The position numbers and the translations under genes are program-made. Below the pieces are notes generated by a model that searched no databases, was not told the DNA's origin, and was given only the letters and a program-made list of their open reading frames with translations. A stretch of 64,000 bases of DNA from contig JBBDRA010000003.1 of assembly GCA_040905715.1 (NCBI GenBank), positions 459,142 through 523,141 on the forward strand, in the 5' to 3' direction. Source of the DNA: Minisyncoccota bacterium. GTDB taxonomy: Bacteria > Patescibacteriota > Minisyncoccia > Phycocordibacterales > CSBR16-193. This document shows, piece by piece, positions 29,824-39,726 of this stretch (its first letter is position 1; each line of letters opens with the position of its first letter).

Positions 29824-30576
29824 TCATACAAACTCTTCAAGTCCATACTTCCCCACTCTCTCTCGTCGGATCCAGAACGCACACGCACCACACTCTTTCT
29901 TCTTCCCCATTTCATGCGCCAGCGAGCGCATATACGTCCCACTCGAACAACTCACCACAAACCGCGATATGACAAATACATCTTCATATGACGTAGGGCC
30001 TTTGCGTCTAAGTACCTGCTCCCAAGCGAACCCGATCTCTTCTTGGCGGAAATCACCTTCGACAAGCGAGAGACGGTGTTGAACTACTCTCGAAAGCTCG
30101 TCTGCGCTCGTCGAGTGATCACCGCAGCGCTCAATACTGTGTATCGTCACCTGCTTACTCGGCACATCGACCTCGCCTATTCGTCCTTCTCTTGCCCACT
30201 GCCAAAGCTGTTTTCCTTCAACACTCTTCGAGGAATACGGTGGGTACGACTGGTCGAATATACCAACAAAGTCTTCGGTACTTACTTCCCTCGCCGTGCC
30301 CGGACCTCGAGCTGTCGGTAAGCCAAGCAGATCATAGGTATCAGTTTCAATTCCCCAGAGTACATCAAGTGTGTACGTTTTATCGAGTCCGGTAAACTCA
30401 TCCTTCCGATGAACATCTTCATCGGAAAGCGCGATCATTACCCCTTCGGCCATTGGATCAAGACGACCGGCGTAGGTCAAAGGATGATTTTGTGAGAGAC
30501 CTTCTTTTGCACGCAAACGCCCAAGCGACTGCAACGGAGTTTCTCCAAGCTTTTTATATATCTGAAAGACAGCCAT
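29824..30576 (-). CDS. truB: tRNA pseudouridine(55) synthase
   Basis: HPLTYAGRLDPMAEGVMIAL contains the catalytic Asp motif; 250 aa. Confidence 0.85.
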   Translation of the reverse strand: MAVFQIYKKLGETPLQSLGRLRAKEGLSQNHPLTYAGRLDPMAEGVMIALSDEDVHRKDEFTGLDKTYTLDVLWGIETDTYDLLGLPTARGPGTAREVSTEDFVGIFDQSYPPYSSKSVEGKQLWQWAREGRIGEVDVPSKQVTIHSIERCGDHSTSADELSRVVQHRLSLVEGDFRQEEIGFAWEQVLRRKGPTSYEDVFVISRFVVSCSSGTYMRSLAHEMGKKKECGACAFWIRRERVGKYGLEEFV

Positions 30577-30618
30577 CGTGCTTCAAAAATAGCACAAACG
30601 TGGTAAAATCAAAGGACA

Positions 30619-31950
30619 ATGGCAGACCAGCAACCATCCATGGAACCCTACAAAGGCGTACGCGACTTCTATCCGGAGGACCAGTTCATTCAGCGCTATC
30701 TCTACGCGATCATGCGAGAAAGCGCTGAATCATTTGGCTACGAAGAATACGACGCGTCACTATTAGAGCCGGCGGAACTCTACGAGGCAAAAAGCTCTGA
30801 AGAAATAGTCAGCGAACAAACCTACACGTTTACTGATCGCGGCGAACGCAAAGTGACACTGCGGCCGGAAATGACCCCGACCGTCGCTCGCATGGTCGCC
30901 AAGCAACGCAAATCACTTTCGCTTCCTCTTCGCTGGTTCACTATCGCCAACCTCTTTCGTTATGAGCGACCACAGAAAGGTCGCCTACGTGAACACATTC
31001 AACTTAACGCTGATCTCTTTGGTCTTTCAAGCCAGGAAGCCGATATTGAGGTCATCGAGCTTGCTGCAACCACGCTTCTCAACGCCGGCGCGACCTCTGA
31101 CGACTTTGTTATCTCCATTTCAAGTCGCGGACTGTTGCAAGATCTCTATGAACTTTACGCCGTTGATAACGAGACACGACCTCAACTCACTCGGCTTCTA
31201 GATAAGAAAAACAAGATGAAAGAAGACGCCTTTAGAGAAGCTGTGAGTGAGCTGATCGGCGATAGAGCTGATGACTTTCTTACCACCATCAACTCTGCAG
31301 ACGCCACCATGAAAATGCTTGGCGACGATCACAAGGAACTTCAAGATCTTAAGGTGCTTGTAGAAAAGTTACACCAACGAGGTATTGATAACGTCGAGAT
31401 CCTGCCAACATTAGTCCGCGGTTTCGATTACTATACCGGCATGGTCTTTGAAGTGAATGATACCGATCCGGAAAATAATCGCTCAATGTTCGGTGGCGGA
31501 CGATACGACAACTTGCTCGCAACCTTTGGTGCTGAGCCAACTCCGGCTGTTGGCTTCGGTATGGGCGACGTTACACTTTACGAGTTTCTCAAGAGCCGTG
31601 ACCTCCTTCCTGCTTACCGCTCAAATGCTGACGTAGCACTGTGCCGAATAGACGATACGGACGCAAACGATATTGATGCACTCGCCAACCGTTTACGAAA
31701 CGAACAAGGTCTGCATGTGCGCGTAGACATAACCGGTAAGAAGATCGGCGATCAGATCAATAGCGCAGATAAAGCAGCAATTCCTTTCGTGATATGTGTG
31801 GGTCAAAAAGAACTCGAGAGCGGTCAGTACACCGTAAAGCATCTTTCCACCGGTAGAGAAAGCACCGTACCTGAAGATGAGATACTCGATATCATGGAAG
31901 AGTTGGCATCTACCGACGAAGAGACACCGGAATGGTCAAGCGAAATCTAG
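30619..31950 (+). CDS. hisS: histidine--tRNA ligase
   Basis: KGVRDFYPED, class II motif 2 FRYERPQKGRLREH, C-terminal anticodon-binding domain; 443 aa. Confidence 0.9.
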   Translation: MADQQPSMEPYKGVRDFYPEDQFIQRYLYAIMRESAESFGYEEYDASLLEPAELYEAKSSEEIVSEQTYTFTDRGERKVTLRPEMTPTVARMVAKQRKSLSLPLRWFTIANLFRYERPQKGRLREHIQLNADLFGLSSQEADIEVIELAATTLLNAGATSDDFVISISSRGLLQDLYELYAVDNETRPQLTRLLDKKNKMKEDAFREAVSELIGDRADDFLTTINSADATMKMLGDDHKELQDLKVLVEKLHQRGIDNVEILPTLVRGFDYYTGMVFEVNDTDPENNRSMFGGGRYDNLLATFGAEPTPAVGFGMGDVTLYEFLKSRDLLPAYRSNADVALCRIDDTDANDIDALANRLRNEQGLHVRVDITGKKIGDQINSADKAAIPFVICVGQKELESGQYTVKHLSTGRESTVPEDEILDIMEELASTDEETPEWSSEI

Positions 31951-32016
31951 CTGTATGTAAATACGGTGAGCTTTGATAGAATAGTATTTAATTACTCTAA
32001 CATTTGAAGAAAATGT

Positions 32017-32592
32017 ATGCGAAAGATAACTTTTGATATCGAAACGAAAAACATGTTTAGCGATGTCGGTTCTAACAATGCCGCCGATCTTGACCTCTCT
32101 GTTGTCTGCATTCACGACTCCGAGACGGATGAATACAGCGCTTTTCTAGAAGAAGATCTTCCTAGCCTCTGGCCGATCATTGAAAAAGCCGACATGTTGA
32201 TCGGTTACAACTCGGATCATTTCGATGTTCCCCTTCTGGACAAATACTACCCGGGAGACCTTTTTTCTATTAAAAGCCTAGATATCTTAAAGGAGATCAA
32301 AAATTCATTCGGTCGGCGAATGAAACTCGATCAGGTGGCCGAAGGTACCCTGGGCGTTAAAAAATCAGGACACGGACTTGAGGCTATTGCCTGGTGGAAA
32401 AAGGGTGAGATCGAGAAGATCAAGAAATACTGTATTGATGATGTACGTATCACAAAGGATGTATACGATTTTGCAATAGCGAACGGTAAGCTTAAGTTCA
32501 CCGAAGGTGGCACAGTAAACGAATTTCCACTCGACACGACTCACTGGGAGGTTATCGAAGACAGTGCAATGACTCACACCCTACCCTTCTAA
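32017..32592 (+). CDS. RNase H-like 3'-5' exonuclease (YprB/DEDD-like)
   Basis: ITFDIETKN ... IGYNSDHFDVPLL ... YCIDDV carry DEDD-type acidic residues. Confidence 0.5.
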   Translation: MRKITFDIETKNMFSDVGSNNAADLDLSVVCIHDSETDEYSAFLEEDLPSLWPIIEKADMLIGYNSDHFDVPLLDKYYPGDLFSIKSLDILKEIKNSFGRRMKLDQVAEGTLGVKKSGHGLEAIAWWKKGEIEKIKKYCIDDVRITKDVYDFAIANGKLKFTEGGTVNEFPLDTTHWEVIEDSAMTHTLPF

Positions 32593-32619
32593 CGCATAAA
32601 GATCGCTCTGATAACCAAA

Positions 32620-32652
32620 AAATGTCCAAAGCCAGGCTTTGGACATTTTTTC
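32620..32652. terminator. bidirectional terminator
   Basis: AAAAATGTCCAAAGCC-AGG-CTTTGGACATTTTTT. Confidence 0.65.
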
Positions 32653-32674
32653 ATTGTGTTACGGCTGTTCTAAA

Positions 32675-33466
32675 TTAGATAAGAAACGCGAACAACACCA
32701 CAGCAACGAACACACGATATATCACGAAAATAGTAAGTCGGTTGGTCCGCAGGTATCGAACCAAAAAATGCATCGCGGTAAGACCAACCGCAAAAGCGAC
32801 CGCTGCGCCGAGGAGCGCGGGTGCCTGAAAGACATCAGCCGGTGACGACGCATGGTACAGCGCGCGAGCTCCTGCACCGGCGATGATCGGCAAACCCAAA
32901 AGAAAACTGAATCGTACGGCTTCTTCACGACTCAATCCAAGTAAAAGACCTCCGGCGATCGTTGATCCTGACCGAGACATGCCGGGAATAAGCGCAAGAA
33001 CCTGAAACACACCGATACCAAAACCTCGATTACCTGAAATGATCTTAGTATAACGAGCGGATGCTTCAGCGACCGCAAACAAAAGACTGCCGAGAAGTAA
33101 CGAGAATACAACAACCATCGGTGCACGCAGTACATGCTCGATAATATCCTCAAAGAGGAAGCCGACCAATACCGCCGGAATCGTACCGAGAATGATCGCG
33201 AGCAGTAACCGCTCTTGCGTTTTGTCAATCGGTTTGGCTGCGGCATACGCAATAGCCGTCTTTACAAGCTGAAACACGTCACGCCTAAAATACACAACAA
33301 TAGCGGCCAATGTTGCCAAATGAAGAAGCACATCAAACGCCAGTGCTCCTTCCACGCCAAAACCCAATACGCTGCGGGCAGCAATGAGATGACCAGAGGA
33401 AGATATCGGTAAAAACTCGGTCAAGCCTTGGACAATTCCCAACAAGATAGCTTCGGTATACGACAT
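32675..33466 (-). CDS. uppP: undecaprenyl-diphosphatase
   Basis: AILLGIVQGLTEFLPISSSGHL canonical UppP/BacA motif; 263 aa polytopic. Confidence 0.9.
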   Translation of the reverse strand: MSYTEAILLGIVQGLTEFLPISSSGHLIAARSVLGFGVEGALAFDVLLHLATLAAIVVYFRRDVFQLVKTAIAYAAAKPIDKTQERLLLAIILGTIPAVLVGFLFEDIIEHVLRAPMVVVFSLLLGSLLFAVAEASARYTKIISGNRGFGIGVFQVLALIPGMSRSGSTIAGGLLLGLSREEAVRFSFLLGLPIIAGAGARALYHASSPADVFQAPALLGAAVAFAVGLTAMHFLVRYLRTNRLTIFVIYRVFVAVVLFAFLI

Positions 33467-33578
33467 ACAATAATGGCCTTACAATGGCTGTTCATAACCT
33501 TGTAAATACGCTTATCACAATACCACAATCTCCGTTGCCGTGGTAGAATATCAGCTATATTCAGGTAATTTATTATAT

Positions 33579-34385
33579 ATGCAAAAATTAGGTATTCCGA
33601 TAGCGATAGTCATAGCCGGAGTCATCATTGCCGGCGCAATTGTATGGGGTGGCGACCTTAGCCTCTCAGGCGAACGATCGGCAAACAGTACTACCGGACA
33701 GAATTTAAACTACGACCCTGCTGAGATGCAGACAGTGATCGACGAAGTAGGTGTTGAAGGCAAGATCCTTGGCGACCCAAACGCACCGATCATCATTACT
33801 GAGTATTCAGACACTGAGTGTCCTTTCTGTCAGCGCTTCCACAACACCATGATGGAGGTTATCAACAAATACGGAGCGAGCGGCGAAGTTGCTTGGGAAT
33901 ACAAGCATTTCCCTATTCCACAACTCCACCGAAAAGCGGCGGCTGAATCACACGCCCTCGAATGCATCTATGAGCTAGGCGGAGACGAGGCCTTCTGGAT
34001 CGCTATCGATACGATCTACACGATCACACCAAGTAACGACGGACTCAACCACGCTCTCCTCCCAGAGATCGCCGAAATAGCAGGAGTCGATGCAGGAGAG
34101 TTCAACGAATGTCAGGAAAGTGGTGACCATCAGCAACTCGTCGAAGCAGAGGCGCGAGAAGCACAAGAGAATGGCGGCAGAGGAACACCTTACTCGGTCA
34201 TTCATCTTAACTCAGCCCTAAGTGCAGAAGGACGAGCGGCAGTAGAAGAGGTCGACGCCCAGGCCTCGCAGGACAGAGAACTATTTAAGATTGTTGAAGA
34301 CGGTACCCAGATCCAAATGAGTGGGGCAATGCCGTTTAACCTGATCGACCAACTAGTAACAGCTATTCTTGAGAGCAACGCCTAG
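33579..34385 (+). CDS. DsbA-like thiol:disulfide oxidoreductase (thioredoxin fold, secreted)
   Basis: N-terminal TM/signal, then ITEYSDTECPFCQRFH carrying a CPFC active site. Confidence 0.7.
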   Translation: MQKLGIPIAIVIAGVIIAGAIVWGGDLSLSGERSANSTTGQNLNYDPAEMQTVIDEVGVEGKILGDPNAPIIITEYSDTECPFCQRFHNTMMEVINKYGASGEVAWEYKHFPIPQLHRKAAAESHALECIYELGGDEAFWIAIDTIYTITPSNDGLNHALLPEIAEIAGVDAGEFNECQESGDHQQLVEAEAREAQENGGRGTPYSVIHLNSALSAEGRAAVEEVDAQASQDRELFKIVEDGTQIQMSGAMPFNLIDQLVTAILESNA

Positions 34386-34419
34386 TATCTCTTTCTACTC
34401 CAAAGAGTTACCGCAACGT

Positions 34420-34455
34420 TAAAAAACTCCGTACAACCTGTACGGAGTTTTCTTT
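34420..34455. terminator. bidirectional terminator
   Basis: AAAAAACTCCGTACA-ACC-TGTACGGAGTTTTCTTTT. Confidence 0.65.
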
Positions 34456-37400
34456 TAAATTTTCTCCTCTATAAGATCTTGTTCAAACTGCTCCACCCCC
34501 TTTACATCAGGACTGTACTCACTCACGTCAGGAAAATCGAGGTTCACAATGTGCCGATACACCGCTTCGATGAGGGAACGCGTACGGGCTGCATCTTCGT
34601 CTGTTATACCGAGAACAAGGTCTATACATATGCCATTCGTAGGCTCTACAAACTCCAGTACACCCTTTTCAACACAATATTGACCATAATCACGCGACTC
34701 CTCCACCAACAGCTTATACACGACAAGCTGCTGCTTATAGCTATGCAGTTGGATCTTCTCGATCGGGTTCGATCCGTTCCACTTGGACTTTGCTTTTCCG
34801 GTCTTGTAATCGTGTACAACTGCAGTTGTTTTATCCAAAGGCGCCAACTTGTCTATCTTTCCGGCCAGCTGTGCGTCGCCAATGATAACACCCTGGTCTT
34901 TAAAGTTCACCTCAACTTTGTGTGCCGGGTCGAATGTATCCTTCTTTTGTTCAAGATATATCGCTAATGCTTTCTCTCCTCGCGCGCAATTCACCTCAAA
35001 GTCACGAGCCGACAGTCGCTCTTTTCTCAGTGACTCGCTAAACCAATGTACAACCTGCTCTAGCGACGGAAGTTCATTGTGCTTGCGCAAATGTATATAC
35101 AATAATTCCAGTGCCTTATGCACAGCGGTACCGAACGCGGCTGACGCTGTTTTCGCTTGCGGGAAACGAAGCAGGTTTTGCTCCAAAAACTGCTGAGGAC
35201 CACCTCGAGCAACATTCACAAAGTTATTCAAATGCGTCACACTCATCTTATACTCCTCTACCAGCGAACCGAGCAAGGCCTCCTCGTCATGAATAAACGG
35301 TCCGGCATGCACACTCATGACTGACGCAGTGAGCACATCAGTGGTCGCCGGCATGTCTGCCGCGTCTACCGATCCTTCACGCTCAAGTAAAAGCTTTTTA
35401 ACCGATTCAGCATACGTATCCGTGTCAGCGACGGGCGCAAGAAACTGTACTGCCATCCGCTCCTTACCACTCTCATCTGCCTGATATAACGTTATATACA
35501 ACTGACGCTTGGCACGAGTAAGCGCCACATAAAAAAGACGCAACTGGTCATCGAGCGTGTCGCCTGCGGTTGTGATCGGCATATTGATCGGAAACGCGAG
35601 ATTACTTCCACGCGGTTTTGGTGTCCAAACCTCATCAACACAACTCAACACAAAAACCGTGTCGAACTCAAGACCTTTTGCTTTGTGCGCGGTCAAAAGC
35701 TGTACTGCCTCGTGCGCTGATACGAACGGACTCGCGTCTACAACCGGTATACTGTTTTGCTCGTGAAGGTCTACAAACGCGATAAGATCCTCGACCCCCA
35801 ATACCTCGCCTTGTTTGTATTCACGAACAGCATCAAGAAATACCCGCAAACTGGAGAGAAACGTAAGGTACTGATCTTTATTTTGTTCAAACTCCAGCTC
35901 GCTGAAATAGTATTCACGGAGAGGACTTTGCATCGGTAACGGATCAGACTCATCGGCACCACTTCCTACATTCAACAGCGGTTCCCCTTCATCTTCATTT
36001 TCTTGCTTAAGCGGCATGTGTGATCCGATCAAATGATCTAGCGTAAGCTCAAGTGGTTGTGAGAGCGATCGTATAGCGACATCAATAAAAAACGCCGCAA
36101 TATCGCGTACCTGTTTATCTGCGTGTTCTTCCATTACCTCAAGCCACAGTTTATTCTCACGTGCCGCGGTAACCGATATACGCCAGACAATGCTTCGCTC
36201 AAGGCCCCAAAAAGGATACGCTAAGATCTCCGGCAGAAGCTCGTCCGCCTCTCTGCGCTGTTTACGCGCCAATGACCCGATGAACCGCGTCATCTGAATA
36301 AGCTGACGGACGTGCGCCTCCTGAAGCACGTTCTGCTGACGCTCATAGCGAAGGGGCACATTCTCTTTATACAGATACCCCAACAACTCCTTAAGATGCT
36401 TATGCTGTCGGGCGATCACGGCTATTTCACTCGGATTCGTTCCGTTAGCTATTTGACGCGCTATCTCCTTGGCGACAAAACTGTACTCATGTGCGCGAGA
36501 CGGAAACGCCGCATAGCGTATATCACCTTCAGTTAGCTCGGTATTTGATGCTATCAGCTCCTTGGAAATATTCGGCAGTCGAGTCTCGAGCCGTTCCTCC
36601 CCCTTAGCGATAACAAATCGAGCGACATCAAGAATATCCTGACTCGAGCGGTAGTTCTCGGTCATAGTAACAATGGTCGGATCACGATACGTTTCCTTAA
36701 AATTCAAGATGTTCGATATCTCTGCTCCCTGAAATTTGTAAATGGCCTGATCATCATCACCAACCACCATAAGATTCGGTCTCCCTTCATTAACCGGGCT
36801 GTCAGTAATAGCCCGCAGGAGACGCATCTGAGCATCGTTGGTATCCTGAAACTCATCTACTAAAATATAACGATACTGTTCCTGAAGCTCACTCTTGAGA
36901 ACCGGATTGTTCTCGACCGCCTGAATAGTGTCGAGGATCATATCGTCAAAGTCTATATAACCTCGTCGATACATTTCACTGCTGTATGCTTCATACAGAT
37001 CAGCGAGAGCATACATCCGATCAATTGATAGTGTGTCTTTAAATACTCGAGAGCCCTCTTCCCCTTTAGGTGCCCACTTTTGTTTCCACTTTGATACCGG
37101 CGAAGTGCTTTCTTGTTCAGCTGCCTGATTCATCGCATGCTCTAGCGAATCCGCAACCACTTCCTCCAGAGGATAAAAAAGAGAGACTGACAAATTACGT
37201 TTTAGAGCTTTTTTTCTCAGGTCCGCAATGGCCCGCTCAATCTCCCCCACCTTCTCTTTCGTTAACCGCTCGCTAAAAAGTTTGTCCATCCAAGTGTTTA
37301 CCGTCTTAAGCGAATCAGCATCGGCATTTAAGACAGCCCTGAATTCATCCGGGGTCAGTCCGGCCTTCTTAAGCTGACCAATAGCCTCTTTGATCGAGCG

Positions 37401-37856
37401 AAGATAGGTATATCCCTGTTCAGGGTGCTGACTTTTAAGCGGGTTGTCGTGCTCAACCGCATCAAGTATGCCGGTGATCACCTCTATCTGGACCAACTCG
37501 TCAGCCGGAGACAACAAAGCGTTATTATAAAAATACTCGGGATGTCGACCAATGATGTCGACTCCAAAGTTATGAAAAGTGTGAATTGCTACCCGATACG
37601 CGTCCCGACCAATGAGACCGTCCAGGCGCTCGCGCATATTGGCGGCTGCTGACTCCGTGAATGTAAGACAGAGAATATTACTCGGGAATGCATCCGTCTG
37701 ATTCAGAATATTTCCTACCCGCATCGAGAGTATCTGGGTCTTACCGGACCCAGGTCCGGCGATCACCATCACCGGCCCTTCTATCGCGTCTACCGCTTCT
37801 TTCTGTTTCGTATTAAGTTTTGCGTACGCTTGGTCAAACGTTTCAGTTGATGCCAT
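34455..37856 (-). CDS. UvrD/PcrA-family helicase fused to a C-terminal PD-(D/E)XK (RecB/AddA-type) nuclease
   Basis: N-terminal GPGSGKTQ Walker A and UvrD motifs. The C-terminal ...DKLAP...VVHDYKTGKA is RecB nuclease motif III. 1133 aa. Confidence 0.8.
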   Translation of the reverse strand: MASTETFDQAYAKLNTKQKEAVDAIEGPVMVIAGPGSGKTQILSMRVGNILNQTDAFPSNILCLTFTESAAANMRERLDGLIGRDAYRVAIHTFHNFGVDIIGRHPEYFYNNALLSPADELVQIEVITGILDAVEHDNPLKSQHPEQGYTYLRSIKEAIGQLKKAGLTPDEFRAVLNADADSLKTVNTWMDKLFSERLTKEKVGEIERAIADLRKKALKRNLSVSLFYPLEEVVADSLEHAMNQAAEQESTSPVSKWKQKWAPKGEEGSRVFKDTLSIDRMYALADLYEAYSSEMYRRGYIDFDDMILDTIQAVENNPVLKSELQEQYRYILVDEFQDTNDAQMRLLRAITDSPVNEGRPNLMVVGDDDQAIYKFQGAEISNILNFKETYRDPTIVTMTENYRSSQDILDVARFVIAKGEERLETRLPNISKELIASNTELTEGDIRYAAFPSRAHEYSFVAKEIARQIANGTNPSEIAVIARQHKHLKELLGYLYKENVPLRYERQQNVLQEAHVRQLIQMTRFIGSLARKQRREADELLPEILAYPFWGLERSIVWRISVTAARENKLWLEVMEEHADKQVRDIAAFFIDVAIRSLSQPLELTLDHLIGSHMPLKQENEDEGEPLLNVGSGADESDPLPMQSPLREYYFSELEFEQNKDQYLTFLSSLRVFLDAVREYKQGEVLGVEDLIAFVDLHEQNSIPVVDASPFVSAHEAVQLLTAHKAKGLEFDTVFVLSCVDEVWTPKPRGSNLAFPINMPITTAGDTLDDQLRLFYVALTRAKRQLYITLYQADESGKERMAVQFLAPVADTDTYAESVKKLLLEREGSVDAADMPATTDVLTASVMSVHAGPFIHDEEALLGSLVEEYKMSVTHLNNFVNVARGGPQQFLEQNLLRFPQAKTASAAFGTAVHKALELLYIHLRKHNELPSLEQVVHWFSESLRKERLSARDFEVNCARGEKALAIYLEQKKDTFDPAHKVEVNFKDQGVIIGDAQLAGKIDKLAPLDKTTAVVHDYKTGKAKSKWNGSNPIEKIQLHSYKQQLVVYKLLVEESRDYGQYCVEKGVLEFVEPTNGICIDLVLGITDEDAARTRSLIEAVYRHIVNLDFPDVSEYSPDVKGVEQFEQDLIEEKI

Positions 37857-37996
37857 AACGGCATTCTATCACAGTGCTCCTACCCTAAGCACCTACACTT
37901 TTCAGCCCCTATATTTACAAAATACCCCACAATAGTAGAGTATACTTAATTAGCTCCTTACCATCCGGCAAACTTATCTCAGAGAGGAGATCATCC

Positions 37997-38179
37997 ATGC
38001 AGTCACAACAAATATTTAACTTTGCTGTTGGATTCTTCTTATTTATTATTTTTGCAGGACTTTTTGCTGTTATTACACAAGTTGGACCAGATCCGCTGAG
38101 AATACGCTGGCGCCTGGTCACTCCTATTATTTTCATTTCAGCGACTCTCTTTGGAGTATTAACTGCAATAAACCTCTGA
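37997..38179 (+). CDS. hypothetical small membrane protein
   Basis: 60 aa with 2 TM helices; AGGAG SD 8 nt upstream. Confidence 0.35.
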   Translation: MQSQQIFNFAVGFFLFIIFAGLFAVITQVGPDPLRIRWRLVTPIIFISATLFGVLTAINL

Positions 38180-38228
38180 CTTGTGCAAAATGATAAACGG
38201 TTGCCTCACCAAATAAAACCAGACTAAA

Positions 38229-38258
38229 ATTGCCAACCCCTGGGGTTGGCAATTTTCA
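38229..38258 (-). terminator. terminator of the rpoB-rpoC-dnaG-rpoD operon (perfect palindrome ATTGCCAACCCCTGGGGTTGGCAAT)
   Basis: 25-nt perfect palindrome followed by a T-run on both strands. Confidence 0.65.
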
Positions 38259-38288
38259 ATTGGTTTCGGCTTGATCGGTCATTGTTCT

Positions 38289-39677
38289 TTAGTAATTCCT
38301 CAATCGCTCTACGTTATCGTGCTGACGGATCTTTTCGTGAGCTTTCGCTTCAATCTGACGAATACGCTCTCTCGTCACACTAAATTCTCGACCCACTTCC
38401 TCAAGTGTGTGCGTAATACCATCCTTCAAACCGTGACGCATCTCAAGGATCCGGCGCTCCTTTTCCGGCAGATCGGCCAGTATCTCCTTCACCTGGTCGC
38501 GAATGATTCGACGAGACGACTCCTGGTCAGGCGAAAGCACCGAATCATCTGACAGGAAGTCGCCGAGGGTTGATTTACCATCCTCGTCATCTTCTTTGGT
38601 CGGACTATCAAGAGAAGCAGTGTTCTGATCGATCTTCTCGATCTGATAAATCTTTTCGATATCCAGATTCATTTCAGTAGCTATCTCCTCCGGAAGTGGC
38701 TCTCGACCAAGATCCTGAGATATTCGTCGGACGACCTGCTTGTACTTTGCAATGGTCTCAACCATGTGAACCGGCACGCGAATGGTTCGAGACTGGTCAG
38801 CGAGTGCACGAGTGATCGCCTGGCGAATCCACCACGTCGCGTACGTTGAGAATTTATACCCCTTTGTCCAGTCAAATTTATCAACTGCCTTAAAGAGTCC
38901 GAGGTTCCCTTCTTGGATTAGGTCAAGCAATGTAAGATCCGGGCTGCGGCCGACATACTTCTTTGCAATAGAAACCACAAGTCGAAGGTTAGCGCGGGCA
39001 AGGAGTGTTCGCGCCTCCTCGTCGCCGGACTCAATACGTCGCGCAAGCTCTTTTTCCTGAGCAGCGGTAATAAGCGGGTATTTTCCGATCTCACGCAGAT
39101 ACATTTGAATAGAATCGTACGAAGAGGATTCATTGCTTACCGGCCCCTGCTTAGCTGATATCTCCTCCGCGGTCTCGAGAAGACTTCCTGACTCAAGAAC
39201 ATCCACGCCTGCTGTTGATAGCTTTGCGTACATATCTTCAAGAAGCTCAATGTCCTCCTCTACATCAGGAAACGATTTAAGGATCTCGTCATAGGTAATG
39301 AATCCTCGGCGCTTTCCTTTAGCAATAAGTTCATTCTCCAATTTTTCAAGTTCCTGAGCTATGGTTTTCTTAGAACGACGCTTAACCGGCGCCTTCTTAG
39401 TTGCTTTTTTCGAAGACTTCTTCGCTGCGGTCTTTTTCGAAGTTTTCTTTGTGGTTTTCTTCGCTGTCTTTTTTGTGACGGTCTTTTTCTTTGCGGATGC
39501 TTTTGAGGTCGCTTTCTTGGCTGCTGCTCTTGTTACAACCTGATCACCCCCTTTCTTGGCACCTTTTTTACCACGACTTTTTTGAGAAGCGGTCTTTTTC
39601 TGCGTCTTTTTTGTTCCCGAGCTGGATACTCGCTTGCTCTGACGCGTATTCGATTGTGTTTTCTTTGCCTGTGGCAT
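38289..39677 (-). CDS. rpoD: RNA polymerase sigma-70 factor RpoD with a roughly 100-aa Lys/Ala-rich N-terminal tail
   Basis: Regions 2-4 are clear ([24 protein letters not shown]...TLEEVG). The N-terminus is [19 protein letters not shown]-type repeats. Confidence 0.9.
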   Translation of the reverse strand: MPQAKKTQSNTRQSKRVSSSGTKKTQKKTASQKSRGKKGAKKGGDQVVTRAAAKKATSKASAKKKTVTKKTAKKTTKKTSKKTAAKKSSKKATKKAPVKRRSKKTIAQELEKLENELIAKGKRRGFITYDEILKSFPDVEEDIELLEDMYAKLSTAGVDVLESGSLLETAEEISAKQGPVSNESSSYDSIQMYLREIGKYPLITAAQEKELARRIESGDEEARTLLARANLRLVVSIAKKYVGRSPDLTLLDLIQEGNLGLFKAVDKFDWTKGYKFSTYATWWIRQAITRALADQSRTIRVPVHMVETIAKYKQVVRRISQDLGREPLPEEIATEMNLDIEKIYQIEKIDQNTASLDSPTKEDDEDGKSTLGDFLSDDSVLSPDQESSRRIIRDQVKEILADLPEKERRILEMRHGLKDGITHTLEEVGREFSVTRERIRQIEAKAHEKIRQHDNVERLRNY

Positions 39678-39726
39678 ATGGTAATTCGTTACTTTGAATC
39701 CGTTCAGCTGTATGTAAATATCAACG

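Noticed and set aside
34479-35196. ORFs 34479..34967 and 34849..35196 (+)
   Set aside because: Antisense to the helicase-nuclease gene.
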